A DNA stretch of 64,000 nucleotides from Octopus sinensis. Its lineage: Eukaryota. The notes under the pieces were generated by a model. It worked only from the letters and a program-made list of their open reading frames with translations, was not told the DNA's origin and did not search any database. The stretch covers positions 5,394,001 to 5,458,000 of the forward strand of contig NC_043018.1 in assembly GCF_006345805.1 (NCBI RefSeq). The letters run 5' to 3'. A program made the position numbers and the translations under genes. Each line of letters starts with the position of its first letter. Positions within the stretch are counted from its first letter, which is position 1. Shown in pieces: positions 11,910 to 24,310 of the stretch.

Positions 11910-14496
11910 TTTTGGAAAAGGATTTGGAGTGACAAGAAGACGTACAACATAAATGCAGACTGGATTATAGAAACTGAAGGATCCTACCAAAATTTACAAC
12001 AACAAGCATGGGAAGACATCACAATAGCAGACCTAAGAAAGGCACTCACGAAGGCCCATAATTGGAAATCCCCCGGTAAAGAAAGGGTGCCGAATTTCTG
12101 GCTCGCATCGCTCCCATGCGCACACGGTAAGCTAGTTCAGCTGCTCAATGGAATTATGAGAGACCCAAAGAAAACACCTGAATGGTTAGCAAGTGGCATT
12201 ACTTACCTACTCCCAAAGAATAACGAAACCAACCTTCCAAAAAACTATCGGCCTATAACCTGTCTATCCACCACGTATAAATCCTAACATCTATCCTGGC
12301 GGAGAAAACATATGCATTCATGGAGAAGAACGATATTTTCCCCATTAAACAAAAAGGGTGCCGCCGAGGCTCTTACGGATGCAAAGATCAACTGCTAATC
12401 AATCGTATGATCCTTGAGAACTGTCACAACAAGCGCAGAAATCTCAGCACCGCATGGATTGACTATAAAAAGGCCTTCGACAGTATACCGCATCCATGGA
12501 TCTTGAGATCGCTGGACATCTTCAAAATTTCCCCTGTGATTTCAAACTTCCTGAAGCACAATATGTCGTTGTGGAATACGAATCTCCAATTATACCACTC
12601 TAATGGACTACTTGCCTCAGAAAATATAAACATCAACTGTGGAATTTTTCAAGGTGACTCACTTTCACCTTTAATATTCTGCATAGCCCTAATACCCCTT
12701 ACAAGTGAATTAAACAGAACAGGGTATGGGTATAAAATTGCCAATAAAAAAATAAGCCATCTATTTTATATGGATGACTTAAAACTTTATGGTAAAGACA
12801 ATAATGAACTTGAAGGCCTATTGCGCACCGTGAAAGCATTCAGCGATGACATCGGGATGGAGTTTGGACTTGAGAAGTGTGCCAAGGCCACTTTCCAGAA
12901 AGGGAAAGTGAAGACCACAAATTCAGTCGTGTTAGATGTTGACACAGTCATAAGAGAGCTTGAGCAAGAACAAACATACAAATATTTAGGGATAAATGAA
13001 GGCTCTGGTATTCAGCATGCAAGCATGAAAGAGAAAATCAGGAAGGAATGTTATAGGAGAGTTCGTGCAGTCCTGAAATCTGAACTAAATGAACGTAACA
13101 AGGTGTTAGCTATAAATTCCTTAGCAGTTCCAGTTGTTACTTATAGCTACAACGTGTTGAACTGGAATATGAGTGAAGTAAAGAATATAGATAGGAAAAT
13201 ACGCAAGCTGCTGAGTTATAATAGGATGCACCACCCAAAGGCAGACGTAGATCGCCTTTACCTTCCCAGAGCCCAAGGAGGTCGAGGCCTGATCCAATTT
13301 GAACTAGCTTACAAAACAACCACAATTGGACTGGCCAAATATCTCGAAATATCGAATGACTGGATGCTAAAGCTCGTGGAAAATCACGAGAGACGAAAGA
13401 AGCTTCATTCTATCATAAAGGAAAGCAAAAAATTTGCTATTGATCTCGTGCAGGATACCCAAACTGAACAACCAGAGGGAAGTACGGCAACTATTGTTGC
13501 AAAGAAGGTGAAAATGATGGCAATGAAAAAAGCGCACGAGCAATTGGCTGATAGGTGGGAGGAGAAACCTCTGCACGGCAAATATGTGACCCGCAGCAAA
13601 CAAGTTGATGTTGACCAGAAGCAAACCCATCAGTGGCTACGGAGCTCAGGGCTAAAAGCAGAGAGCGAAGGTTTCATCCTGGCTGCTCAAGATCAAAGCC
13701 TATTAACTCGGAACTACCAGGCCAATGTGGTGAAAAATGGAGCAGACCCAAAATGCCGATTCTGCAACGACATGATTGAAACAGTGGACCACCTAATCTC
13801 TGGATGTAAAGTCTTAGCACCAGTGGAGTATAAATTAAGACATGACAGAGTTGGCCAATATCTCCACTGGCTAATAAGTCGGCATTACAATATCAAAACT
13901 GCCGACAAGTGGTATAATCACCACCCTGAGGCTGTAACTGAAGGAGAAAATGTAACCATTCTGTGGGACTTTCCAGTACATACAGACCGAACCATCAAGG
14001 CCAATAAACCAGATATTGTTGTGAAAGACCAAAACAATAAAGTTTGCTTATTGATCGACATGAGCATCCCCTGTGATCATAATATCTCAGCGAAAGAGTT
14101 TGACAAGCTCAGAAAATATAAAGACCTACTCATTGAAATCGAGAAAATGTGGCATCTCAAGGCGGTTACAATACCAGTGATCGTAGGAGCACTAGGAATG
14201 ATCAAGAAGGGAACCGAAAATTATATGAGAATGATCCCTGGCTTACCATCCCTGCAAGAAGTGCAAAAGATTGTCTTAACTGGTACATCACACGTATTGA
14301 GAAGTGCATTGTCGATGTGAGAACTGTTGCTGCTCATGTATTTTAATTTAACTTTAAAAAAAAACAAAAAAAAAACGAACGAACTACTGAGTTTGGTTTA
14401 ATGGCCTACCAATGTATACTATGAGTTTCTTTGCCCTAGGAGTCGGGAAGACACTCGGCAAGAAATGATAGCAAATTTGAAAGAAGAAGAAAAAAA

Positions 14497-14497
<1 letters not shown>
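11909..14497 (+). mobile_element. R4/Dong-clade LINE, family 1, 5'-truncated, in (TAA)n
   Basis: (TAA)n on both flanks; RT and RLE domains; 3' UTR ends GAAAGAAGAAGAAAAAAAG. Confidence 0.92.
12087..14320 (+). CDS. RT plus restriction-like endonuclease; one frameshift near 12285
   Basis: NYRPITCL, QKGCRRGSYGCKDQLLI, WIDYKKAFDS, GIFQGDSLSP, YMDDLKLY, CCHC CRFC..ETVDHLISGC, KPDIVV..LIDMSIP..K..KY.DL. Confidence 0.9.
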
Positions 14498-14538
<41 letters not shown>

Positions 14539-15044
14539 TAATAATAATAATAATAATGATAATAATAATAATAGAAACATTAACAGTAATAACAACTGTA
14601 ATAATAAGAAGAATGACGAGATTAACAAGGGCAATAGTGAAATATTTAAGTACAGCTGTATGTTTGTTTTCTATCATAATTTTGTTTTCGTTTTCTTTGT
14701 ATTTGATCAGATTTCTGAAGAATGATATTCTGTAATAAAATATGGGTGACACACACATCGTTATGACAACCATGTGTGTGCGTGTATGTGTTGTATACGT
14801 GTTGTATGTGTGTGTGTGTTACGTATCCATGAATGCTGTTTCGTTTAAACACGATTCAGTGTTGCTGTATCCTATATTGTGTGCACTGTAAATAGCAGCA
14901 AGTCACATAACTTTCTCGTAAGAAGATCTACGATGTTGTTGTATCCCGAGACTTGAAACATATTTGGGGCAGAGAAAGTATGTCCCTGATGAGGTCACGA
15001 ATGGCGACGAAAGGGATTTGAAAAACCAGGCTCATTTATTCTTT

Positions 15045-15447
15045 TCTACTCTAGGCACAAGGCCCGAAACTTAAGGGGAGGGGGCCAGTCGACTAGATCG
15101 ACCCCAGTACGCAACTGGTACTTAATTTATCGACCCAGAAAGGATGAAAGGCAAAGTCGACCTCGGCGGAAATTGAACTCAGAACGTAAAGACATGAAAT
15201 ACCGCTAAGCATTTCGCCCGGCGTGCTAACGTTTCTTATTTCTTTAACATAGAGGGAACAAAGACAGACAAACGGATTAAGTCGATTACATCGATCCCAG
15301 TACGCAACTGGTACTTAATTTATCGACCCCGAAAGGATGAAAGACAAAGTCGACCTCGGCGGAATTTGAACTCAGAACGTAAACACAGACGAAATGCGGC
15401 TACGCATTTCGCCCGGCGTGCTAAAGTTTCTGCCAGCTCGCGCCTTC
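15045..15447 (-). mobile_element. Two SINE family C copies
   Basis: Family C motifs on the minus strand. Confidence 0.8.
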
Positions 15448-16250
15448 AACCTAGCACATTTATTGATTGACCTAATGTTTAATCAAACGACCGTTAAATG
15501 GTTAAGCAATAGACTAATATTAATAAAAGAAGTGAAATAAAACCAATGCGTGTGTTTATTAATGGCATAATGACCCTCCCATGATAGCAGAATCTGTTTC
15601 AACGCACGAGTTCAAATCAAGAATCATGTAAATCAAATGCAAAAACGAGATATCATAAGCTCCAGCCAAGCTAGCGAAGCCCTGAAAAACACTTCTGCTC
15701 TGCTGCTCGAGATCAGAATAGCCACCCGACAAATTCACTTCATAAAAAGAGAGTTAAGACTTCGCCAGGTGGTGCTATTAAGTTAGACATGGCCTGGACA
15801 AATACTGGCCAAAACCTTTCTAAGTTATTCTAAGTTATATTATAATGATTGAAGAAGTGCGGGACTGTGTCCATTTTTTTCCACGTTATCAAAAAAAGTT
15901 TTATTACTTTTAAGAAATTATAAATGAATATTAAAATTTTTTTGTATATTAAACATAAATCATAATGTTTAATATTACAAGATTCACTTCTGTTTTAAAT
16001 GTCAACTTCCGTTTGAATTCCATATGTAAACAAATAGCTTTTCTTTGCGTTCATAAAAATGTAATAAGGCGATAAAAAACCCTAACAAAACAAGTGAGTA
16101 AATTATTTAAAAAAGTATTACATAATTCAAAAACAATAATGCCTATGGGTTACTACATTGAAATTATTTGGTCCATAATATCATCTCCCAACACAATTCT
16201 TGCACCTGGTCAGATGTGTGTTGCATTATCAAAAGCGTCAGAAAAAGAAA

Positions 16251-17260
16251 ATAGGAGTGGCTGTGTGGTAAGTAGCTTGCTTACCAACCACATGGTTCCG
16301 GGTTCAGTCCCATTTCGTGGCACCTTGGGCAAGCGTCTTCTACTATTGCCTCAGGCCGACCAAAGCCTTGAGAGTGGATTTGGTAGACGGAAACTGAAAG
16401 AAGCCCGTCGTATATATGTATATATCTATGGAAGTGTGTTTGTGTGTCTGTGTTTGTCCCCCCCCTACATCGCTTGACAACCAATCATCATCATCATTGT
16501 TCGACCGTGGTCGAGACAATGGAATTTACTATGTTACGCCAGACTTCACGGTCCATCATGGCATTACGGAGGTCCTGTTGCTGGATGCCTGTATCCCTGG
16601 AGATTACATCAGGGTAGGAGAGTGTGCGCCCTCTGGTATTGCGAATAGATGGCTTCCAGAGGAGAAGAGTAGAAATTACTTCTTTTCAGCTCTACAACAA
16701 TGTCCAGCAAACTGGACTCTCCTACCTTTCACAAGAGATGACACAGGTGGTAGTTTCCATATATTTGCATTTGGTTGGATGGCGCTTCCACGAGAGATTT
16801 TGAGCTCTCATAAGGAGGCAAGTGTAGGTTCCATCCAACCGCCTCTCAAGCTTCTTTGATAACGTCCAGGTTTCTGAGCCATATAGTAGAATTGGTTCGA
16901 CTGTGGCTTTGAATATTTCAAGTTTGAAGTCTCTACTTAGATTTGATGACCAGATCTTATGCATGTCATTACAGGCTGACCAGGCCATACCCTTTCTAGT
17001 AAGAAAGTCTTTTCCAGATGATGATATGTATGATCCAAGATATTTGTAATCAGAAACCATATTTAAGGGCGCATTGTTGAGAGTATGGATGATGCAATCA
17101 CTGTTGGACAGGCACTTGTTTATGTATTCATGCTGGTGTTAATACGTCTTAACGGTTCGGCAAAAGAGACCGATAGAATAAAATACCAGGCTTACAAAGA
17201 ATAAGTCCTGGGGTCGATTCGCTCGACTAAAGGCGGTACTCCAGCATGATTGAAACAAGT

Positions 17261-17264
<4 letters not shown>
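16251..17264 (+). mobile_element. SINE family A interrupted by an RTE fragment
   Basis: SINE stops at ACAACCA (16483) and resumes at TGCTGGTGT (17131). Confidence 0.8.
16484..17129 (-). mobile_element. RTE-like LINE 3' end with (ATG)n tail
   Basis: DYKYLGS...IFKATVEPILLYGSETWTL...RRVQFAGH..R, ending STTVEQ* then TGATGA repeats. Confidence 0.85.
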
Positions 17265-17336
<72 letters not shown>

Positions 17337-17673
17337 ATGAAAAGGGTTCATTTGCTGACACTTGTGTCTGCAAAAAAAACAAACAAACAATTCTACAGTG
17401 ATGTGAGACATTCATTAGCCTCTTTTAATTGAAATGTATTTAAGTTTCTTTTTAATTGCTAGGAAAGGGACACTAGAAACACTTAAGACGTCTATAAGTG
17501 AATATAATGAAACAACAATATAGCAGAACTTAACTCTTCATATTGGAAATTGTAATTCATTAATTCCCAGCAGAACATCTATTTACGAATTCATTCAAGT
17601 GAAGATTCATGAATATTTTCCCTTGACAGTCTCATCTCTTTCCCAATTTTCATTATCGTCCTTTTTAAATCTA

Positions 17674-18968
17674 CAGTGATCCCTCGTTTATCGCGGTAGA
17701 TTGGTTCCGAGACTGGCCGCGATAACTGAATTTCCGCGAAGTAGGGACACCATATTTACAGTATTTATTTAACGTGCATTTGGACTTTTAAAACCCTCCC
17801 TGTACTCTTAACAACCCACCCATTACAGTAGTCTATTAATAACACGGACAACTGTTAAGCAATAACACTTTAGGGTAGATTGGTTCCGAGACCGGCCGCG
17901 TTAACTGAATTTCCGCGAAGTAGGGAAACCATATTTACAGTATTTATTTAACATGCATTTGGACTTTTAAAACCCTCCCTGTACTCTTAACAACCCACCC
18001 ATTACAGTAGTCTATTAATAACACGGACAACTGTTAAGCAATAACACTTTAGGGTAGATTGGTTCCGAGACCGGCCGCGTTAACTGAATTTCCGCGAAGT
18101 AGGGACACCATATTTACAGTATTTATTTAACGTGCATTTGGACTTTTAAAACCCTCCCTGTACTCTTAACAACCCACCCATTACAGTAGTCTATTAATAA
18201 CACGGACAACTGTTAAGCAATAACACTTTAGGGTAGATTGGTTCCGAGACCGGCCGCGTTAACTGAATTTCCGCGAAGTAGGGACACCATATTTACAGTA
18301 TTTATTTAACGTGCATTTGGACTTTTAAAACCCTCCCTGTACTCTTAACAACCCGCCCATTACAGTAGTCTATTAATAACACGGACAACTGTTAAGCAAT
18401 AAGACTAAAGATTGAAAAAAAAATAAAGATTGTTACTGTACTCAACACGAAAGAAGCTGAAGTAAAATTTGAATGATGATGGTGATGAATTTGCTGCGCA
18501 GTAGAAATGATGATGATGAGGCTGACGTCGGTGCCCTTTCCTTGGACACCTCTTCCACTTCTTCCGAAGGTGCAACCGTAGTAGTAGCAGCAGGAACTGG
18601 CTATTTTTTGCGAGGCTGCAAAAACATTGTGATAGGAAGTTGCTGCCGCTGCTTCTTTTTCCGTTGAAAGAGCATCTTTTAGGGTCTCATAACGCCGTCG
18701 ACCTTGTTGCAAAATTGTACAGAACGAACCGTATCGTCGTCCCATTCCTGTGAGCCCTCTTTCAATTCTTTAGCCAGGCTGCAGAGTTTGGCCACCCGTT
18801 CCAAAGTCAAGCCAGTTTGGTAGACAACTTCTTCTGTTTCTGGCTGCGTTTCTTCTTCTTCTTTGGATTTAATGAAAAATTTTAGGTGTTCATATATATA
18901 TATATTTTTAAAATCCGCGAAGCCGTGAATCCGCGATAGCTGAACCGCGAAGTAGCGAGGGATCACTG
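17674..18968. mobile_element. Tigger/pogo non-autonomous DNA transposon
   Basis: TA|CAGTGATCCCTCG ... CGAGGGATCACTG|TA. Minus-strand transposase C-terminus LTLERVAKL..AKELKE...EWD...RS and QQLPITMF. Confidence 0.85.
17695..18401 (+). repeat. 4 x 179-bp tandem array inside the Tigger element
   Basis: Units start at 17695, 17874, 18053 and 18232 and are nearly identical. Confidence 0.95.
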
Positions 18969-19061
18969 TACCATGGATTATTTTATTGATTACAGAATAA
19001 ACTATAACAGAGTCCTTTGTTCAATTCATGAGCATATTGTCAATTTACTCTATAAATTATT

Positions 19062-19111
<50 letters not shown>

Positions 19112-19420
19112 ATATCAATATGCGCAACACACATGACAGCAGAAAACCGCCCGGAGGGTGGTTTTTCTGCTAGTAATAATAATAAAGGAAGTGAAGAAGA
19201 ATCAGTGTGTGTGTGTGATTATTATTGGCGTAATGACTGTCCCAAGATACAACAAAATCTCTTTCAACTTGCGCGTTCACACCAAGGACCTTGCAAGCCA
19301 AATACAAAAACGAAAGATCTATGGGGTTTTATGAAATAATCAGTTCGAGCGTATTTTTCTGCCAGTAGAAAGTTAAAAATAGAAAAGTCCCCGTGGTCAC
19401 CATTTCTATCAATTTTCACA

Positions 19421-19822
19421 GCAGGAGTGGCTGTGTGGTAAGTAGCTTGTTTACCAACCACATCGTTCCGGGTTCAGTCCCACTGCGTGTCTTCTACTAT
19501 AGCCTCGGGCCGACCAAAGCCTTGTGAGTGGATTTGGTAGACGGAAACTGAAAGAAGCCCGTCGTATATATGTTTATATATATGTATATGTGTGTGTGCG
19601 TGTATGTTTGTGTTTGTCCCCCTAGCATTGCTTGACAACCTATGCTGGTGTGTTTATGTCCCCGTCACTTAGCGGTTCGGCAAAAGAGACCGATAATATA
19701 AGTACTGGGCTTACAAAAAGAATAAGTCCCGGGGTCGAGTTGCTCGATTAAAGGCGGTGCTTCAGCATGGCCGCAGTCAAATGACTGAAACAAGTAAAAG
19801 AGTAAAAGAGTAAAGAGTAAAA
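19421..19822 (+). mobile_element. SINE family A
   Basis: Colinear with the other copies; (AGAGTAA)n tail. Confidence 0.85.
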
Positions 19823-19879
19823 GAGAGAGTAATACTAAAACTGAATGTTGTTAAAAAAAAAAGAAAAAAAAGTAGAAAA

Positions 19880-20130
19880 AAAATGAAAAATGTGCACCTT
19901 GCCTTAGTTTTGAACCCTCGACTCCTGATGAAATGACTGACATTCCGTCGCTGCACGCTGTGTACTAATTTTCTCCATATGTCGCAGCTGTACGTCAGAG
20001 CTCGGCTCTCCACTAATGATTTCATTTTCTCAGCTTTGATGTCATCCGTCTAGCTGCTGTTGCAGTCGGTGATTGAATTGTAGGGACAACCAGCGTGTAA
20101 TCTTCTAATCCCACATAGCGTATGTATTAG
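19880..20130 (-). pseudogene. Highly degenerate Tc1/mariner-like transposase C-terminus
   Basis: YAMW...DDIKA...KLVHSVQRR.V..FIRSRG resembles IS630-Tc1-mariner C-termini. Confidence 0.3.
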
Positions 20131-20133
20131 ATT

Positions 20134-20241
20134 GTCAGATAAATTCGTTCGTTTCTTATCCTTTCCCATGTTATTTGAATTAACACAAAATATATTTTCG
20201 GTGTAGTGTTTTTACGAAGTAAACGAACGAATTTATCTGAC
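20134..20241. mobile_element. 108-bp mini-MITE
   Basis: Perfect 21-bp inverted repeats GTCAGATAAATTCGTTCGTTT with a 66-bp spacer; right flank TA. Confidence 0.6.
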
Positions 20242-20435
20242 TACCCCCACAAAAGTTCAAAAACGCGTATTTTTCCACGTCACACAGTATTCGATTTTAA
20301 AAGTACACACACGCACACACACACACACACATTGATTTTCATGCCAGAACACTAGGAAGTATGAACATAAATATCAATTTATTCTAGGTTCATAGTTGAG
20401 TTTCGGTTGCTAACTTAATAAATGGCGGAAAAAAG

Positions 20436-20881
20436 GGATCTTTTCGGTTTGAACGGCAGTTTTTAACATAATTTCTAGGTAACTAAAAGATTTTAAACTT
20501 CGTATACTGGTAGAATGTGTTTATAAAACATCTTTTTCTCTTGGCTTTATTGAGAAAAGTCTATAGTTTGTAAGATATTTGTTGTTTTTTCCTTCAATTT
20601 CTGCAATTTCAACTAATCAGTGACGTCCATTGAGGTAAACAACATTCTGTGCCATATGAATATGTCCCTCGTTTAAGAAACAGATTGGGTTTATTTACAT
20701 TTCTGAAGAAAAAAAGATACCCTTCCCCCAACCTCTAACCCTAACGCTAACCCTAACTAACCCTAACTAACCCTAACCCTAAAACATTGAAATGCAATAG
20801 ATCGACATTAGGGTCATAATTATGGGTGACAATTTCATATGACACCGCTAGAAAAAACTGCCGTTCAAACCGAAAGGATCC
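20436..20881 (+). mobile_element. MITE family D, copy 2
   Basis: TIRs as copy 1; TSD GAAAAAAG on both sides; internal (CCCTAA)-like run at 20737-20780. Confidence 0.92.
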
Positions 20882-20912
20882 GAAAAAAGTTGTAAAATGA
20901 AAGAAGCCTGCC

Positions 20913-21015
<103 letters not shown>

Positions 21016-21478
21016 TGCGTGTGTATGTGTGTGTGTGAGAGAGAGAGAGAGGAAGAGAGGGAGAGAGTGTGTGAGTGTGTGTATTATATAAGAGGAAAAA
21101 GCAAAACCAGGGCAGAACGAATATCTCAAGTCATTTAGAAGAATTTAATTGGGTTAAGGTGAATTTGAAGTCTTACAAACGTTTCTGGGATAACCCAAGT
21201 GGTAGGTTAGCATGTCCACGCACTAGGTATTCTCTCATCAGAGACAAGGTGTGAATATTTTAGACAGAGAAAATTTACAGTTTACAAGGAATAAAATATA
21301 TTCACAGTTTATAAGGAATAAAATAGAAGAATAAAGAGTAAAGGTAGAATATAGGCGGGAGAATGATGTCCACAACTTTTTCCAGAGGATACGGATGTTG
21401 GTCGGTACTTCCATGAAGATACAGGTTCTTAGTTAAAATCCCAGGTAAAGCCAGGCAGTATTTTGGCAGTATTTTGAA

Positions 21479-21705
21479 GGCGGCGAGCTGGCAGAAACGT
21501 TAGCACACCCGGCGAAATACTTAGCGGTATTTCGTCTGCCGCTACGTTCTGAGTTCAAATTCCGCCGAGGTCGACTTTGCCTCTCATCCTTTCGGGGTCG
21601 ATAAATAAAGTACCAGTTTCGCACTGGGGTTGATATAATCGACTTAATCCGTTTGTCTGTCCTCTCTGTGTTTAGCTCCTTGTGGGTAGTAAAGAAATAG
21701 GTATG
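21479..21705 (+). mobile_element. SINE family C, full copy with 16-bp TSD
   Basis: TTGGCAGTATTTTGAA at 21463-21478 and 21706-21721. Confidence 0.9.
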
Positions 21706-21848
21706 TTGGCAGTATTTTGAATGCTGTGTTCCATTATTGTCTTCAAAAATGCAAAGACAAATGAGGGCAGCTTTTCCAATAGCACATCAGACCGTCACTT
21801 TTGGGCTGTGCAGTAGTCTTTCGTGCTGATCTCTCAGAGCGATAGCTA

Positions 21849-22690
21849 CAGGGTGGGGCAGAGAGGACGGACGTTTTTGAAAAATTTACAAAATCATTAA
21901 TTTTAGCTGCAAACAAATTTTATTAACATCAATGTGTTTGTATTGAATTAGAATTTGTCAAAATTAACTGTGGAAAACAACATCCATCATGTGGTGTCTG
22001 TTTTCATTGATGCATTTCTGAGGACGTTCTTGGAAGTTGGCCTTCACTCTCTCTAACTTCGCTCTGTCAATTTGGGCAAATTCCACACGAACTTCTTTCT
22101 TAAAACCGTCCAATGTACGGAGCTGAAGCGCATACACACGTGCATTGAAGTTTCCCCCACAAGAAATAATCACAAATGGACAAATCAAGGGACCGATGGG
22201 GCCAAGGAATGTCAGCAAACCTGGAAATGAGGTGGTCACCGAAGAGAGGGCGAAGAACGTCCATTGATGCTCTGGCAGTGTGGGCCGTCGCCCCAACCAG
22301 CTGAAACCACACACGTCAAATAGGCATACGTTTTCGTCGTAATTCAGGCACCTCAAAGTTGTTTATCACCTCAATGTAACGCTCTATGTTCACAGTAACA
22401 GCATTCCCATTATTGTCTTCAAAAAAGTAAGGACAAATTGGGGCAGCTTTCCCAACAGCATACCAGACCATCCTTTTGGGTTGTGCAATAGTCTTTCGTA
22501 CAGTTCTCTCAGAGTTTCAAGAGCCCAATAATGGCGGTTCTGTTGATTCACCATGCCATTGAGATGAAAATGAGCTTCATCACTCATTAACAAAATGAGG
22601 TTGTCATTTGCCTCAAACTGCTTCCATATGACGTGCGAAGTTAAGCCGCTGTGCATAGTTCCAATGCTTCCAATGCCCAATGATCAATTT
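21849..22690 (-). pseudogene. DD41D (rosa-type) Tc1/mariner transposase, truncated, one TIR
   Basis: SDEAHFHLNG.VN.QN..YWA and WFQLVGATAH...WPHRSLDLSICDYFLWG, with 41 residues between catalytic positions (second D mutated to V). TA|CAGGTGGGGCAG end at 21849. Confidence 0.85.
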
Positions 22691-22709
22691 GTACAGGTAG
22701 AAATGCAGG

Positions 22710-22900
22710 TCTGGACCGGGAGATGCGTTGTGCTCTTGAGCAAAACACTTTATTTCACGTTGCTCCAGTCCACTCAGCTGGCAAAAATGAGTAACGCTGC
22801 GATGGACTGGCGTCCCGTCCAGCTGGGGAACTTATACGCCATAGAAACCTGGAAACTGGGCCCATGACCCTGGCTAGGCTTTCAAAGGGCGCATTTATTT
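22710..22900 (+). mobile_element. SINE family B2 (head-truncated) with tail type ii
   Basis: GTGCTCTTGAGCAAAACACTTTATTTCACGTTGCTCCAGTCCACTCAGCTG followed by GCGATGGACTGGCGTCCCGTCCAG. Confidence 0.7.
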
Positions 22901-22901
22901 A

Positions 22902-23213
22902 TGGAGGCACAATGGCTCAGTGATTAGGGCAGCGGACTCGCGGTCGGAGGATCGCGGTTTCGATTCCCAGACCGAGCGTTGTGGATGTTTATTGAGAGAA
23001 AACACCTAAAAGCTCCACGAGGCTCCGGCAGGGGGTGCTGGCGACCCCTGTTGTACTCTTCCGCCCCAACTTTCTCTCACTCTTTCTTCCTATTTCTTGA
23101 GTAACGCTGCGATGGACTGGCGTCTCGTCCAGCTGGGGGGAACACATACGCAGAAACCGGGAAACCGGGCCCATGAGCCTGGCTAGGCTTGAAAAGGGCG
23201 CATAAATAAATAA
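22902..23213 (+). mobile_element. SINE family B with tail type ii
   Basis: Family B head; tail GCGATGGACTGG...GAAACCGGG...AGGGCGCAT(AAAT)n. Confidence 0.85.
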
Positions 23214-23361
23214 AAAATCTTCTACTCTTAATGTATCCATTTGTCCTGGAAATTTTATTTGTCTATATCGTTTGCCGCCTATGGGCGAAGAATACTTTGA
23301 CCTAGTTAGCACTTCCCTGACTACTTTACATCTTTCGCGATATTCTTGTATGTGTTTCACG

Positions 23362-24310
23362 ATATTGCTTCTAAACATTAGGGTCACTCTAGTGTTAAAT
23401 GATAACGGACTTTATAGCTGTTTCGTATTTCTTATTTCTCAACTATCTCTGCTAAACATACATGTCTCCCCCACCTAAAATATACATAGAATAAGATTAT
23501 CTTAATTCCTTATAATGCAGTTCGCTTCAGAGACTAATAATGGTAACAGCTCGAATAATGCTGTATGACCTTGCATGCAATCATAATGTAATTGAACCAA
23601 CAGGATGTTACTAGATACCGCATCTTAGGATATTAGTGCAGTAGAAACACGTGTCGGACAGTGTTTTAAAGAGAATATAGTATGTATATATGATTGTGTG
23701 GAGGCGCAAAAGCCCAGTGGTTAGGGCAGCGGACTCGCGGTCGTAGGATCGCGGTTTCGATTCCCAGACCGAGCGTTGTGAGTGTTTATTGACCGAAAAC
23801 ACCTAAAGCTCCACGAGGCTCTGGCAGGGGGTGGTGGCAATCCCTGCTGTACTCTTTTGCCACAACTTTCTCTCACTCTTTCTTCTGTTGGCCTGCTCGC
23901 TTAGCCAGCGGGGTGGCGTCATTTGAAGGCTAAAACAATGCGAAGCGCCTTGTGACCAGCGATGTGTAGCAACATCTGATAGCCTGATCGGTCACGTGAT
24001 ATATGATTGTAATAAACAAACTCTTCTCCTAAGCATTAGGGTCAGTCTAAAGTTAAACGACAACGGAGTTTATAGCCATATCGTATTTCTCAATTTTCTT
24101 AGATAAACATACATATTCACCACCAAAAATATACTCAGAATAAGATTACCACAGTTCATTATACTTCAGTTCGCTTCAGCGAATCATAACAGTAACAGCT
24201 CGAATACAGCTGCATGGATATGTTTACCTTGGATGAAATCATAATGCAACTGAACCTACAGGATATCACATCTTAGGACACGTATCGGACAGAGTTTTAA
24301 AGGGAAGATA
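23362..24310 (+). repeat. Two diverged ~300-bp units of an unclassified repeat
   Basis: 23362-23697 aligns with 24025-24310; partial third copy at 61575-61690. Confidence 0.7.
23698..23998 (+). mobile_element. SINE family B with tail type iii and 12-bp TSD
   Basis: ATATATGATTGT at 23686-23697 and 23999-24010. Confidence 0.88.

Noticed and set aside
12320-14320. Host gene or bacterial retron/group II intron RT
   Set aside because: The CCHC plus PD..D endonuclease and (TAA)n flanks identify an R4/Dong non-LTR retrotransposon.
20737-20780. Telomere or chromosome fusion site
   Set aside because: Short degenerate CCCTAA run internal to a MITE and present in all three copies.
23620-23660. Hammerhead at GAAACACGTGTC (also 61628)
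   Set aside because: The core reads CTTAGGA or CCTAGAA and helix I does not pair.
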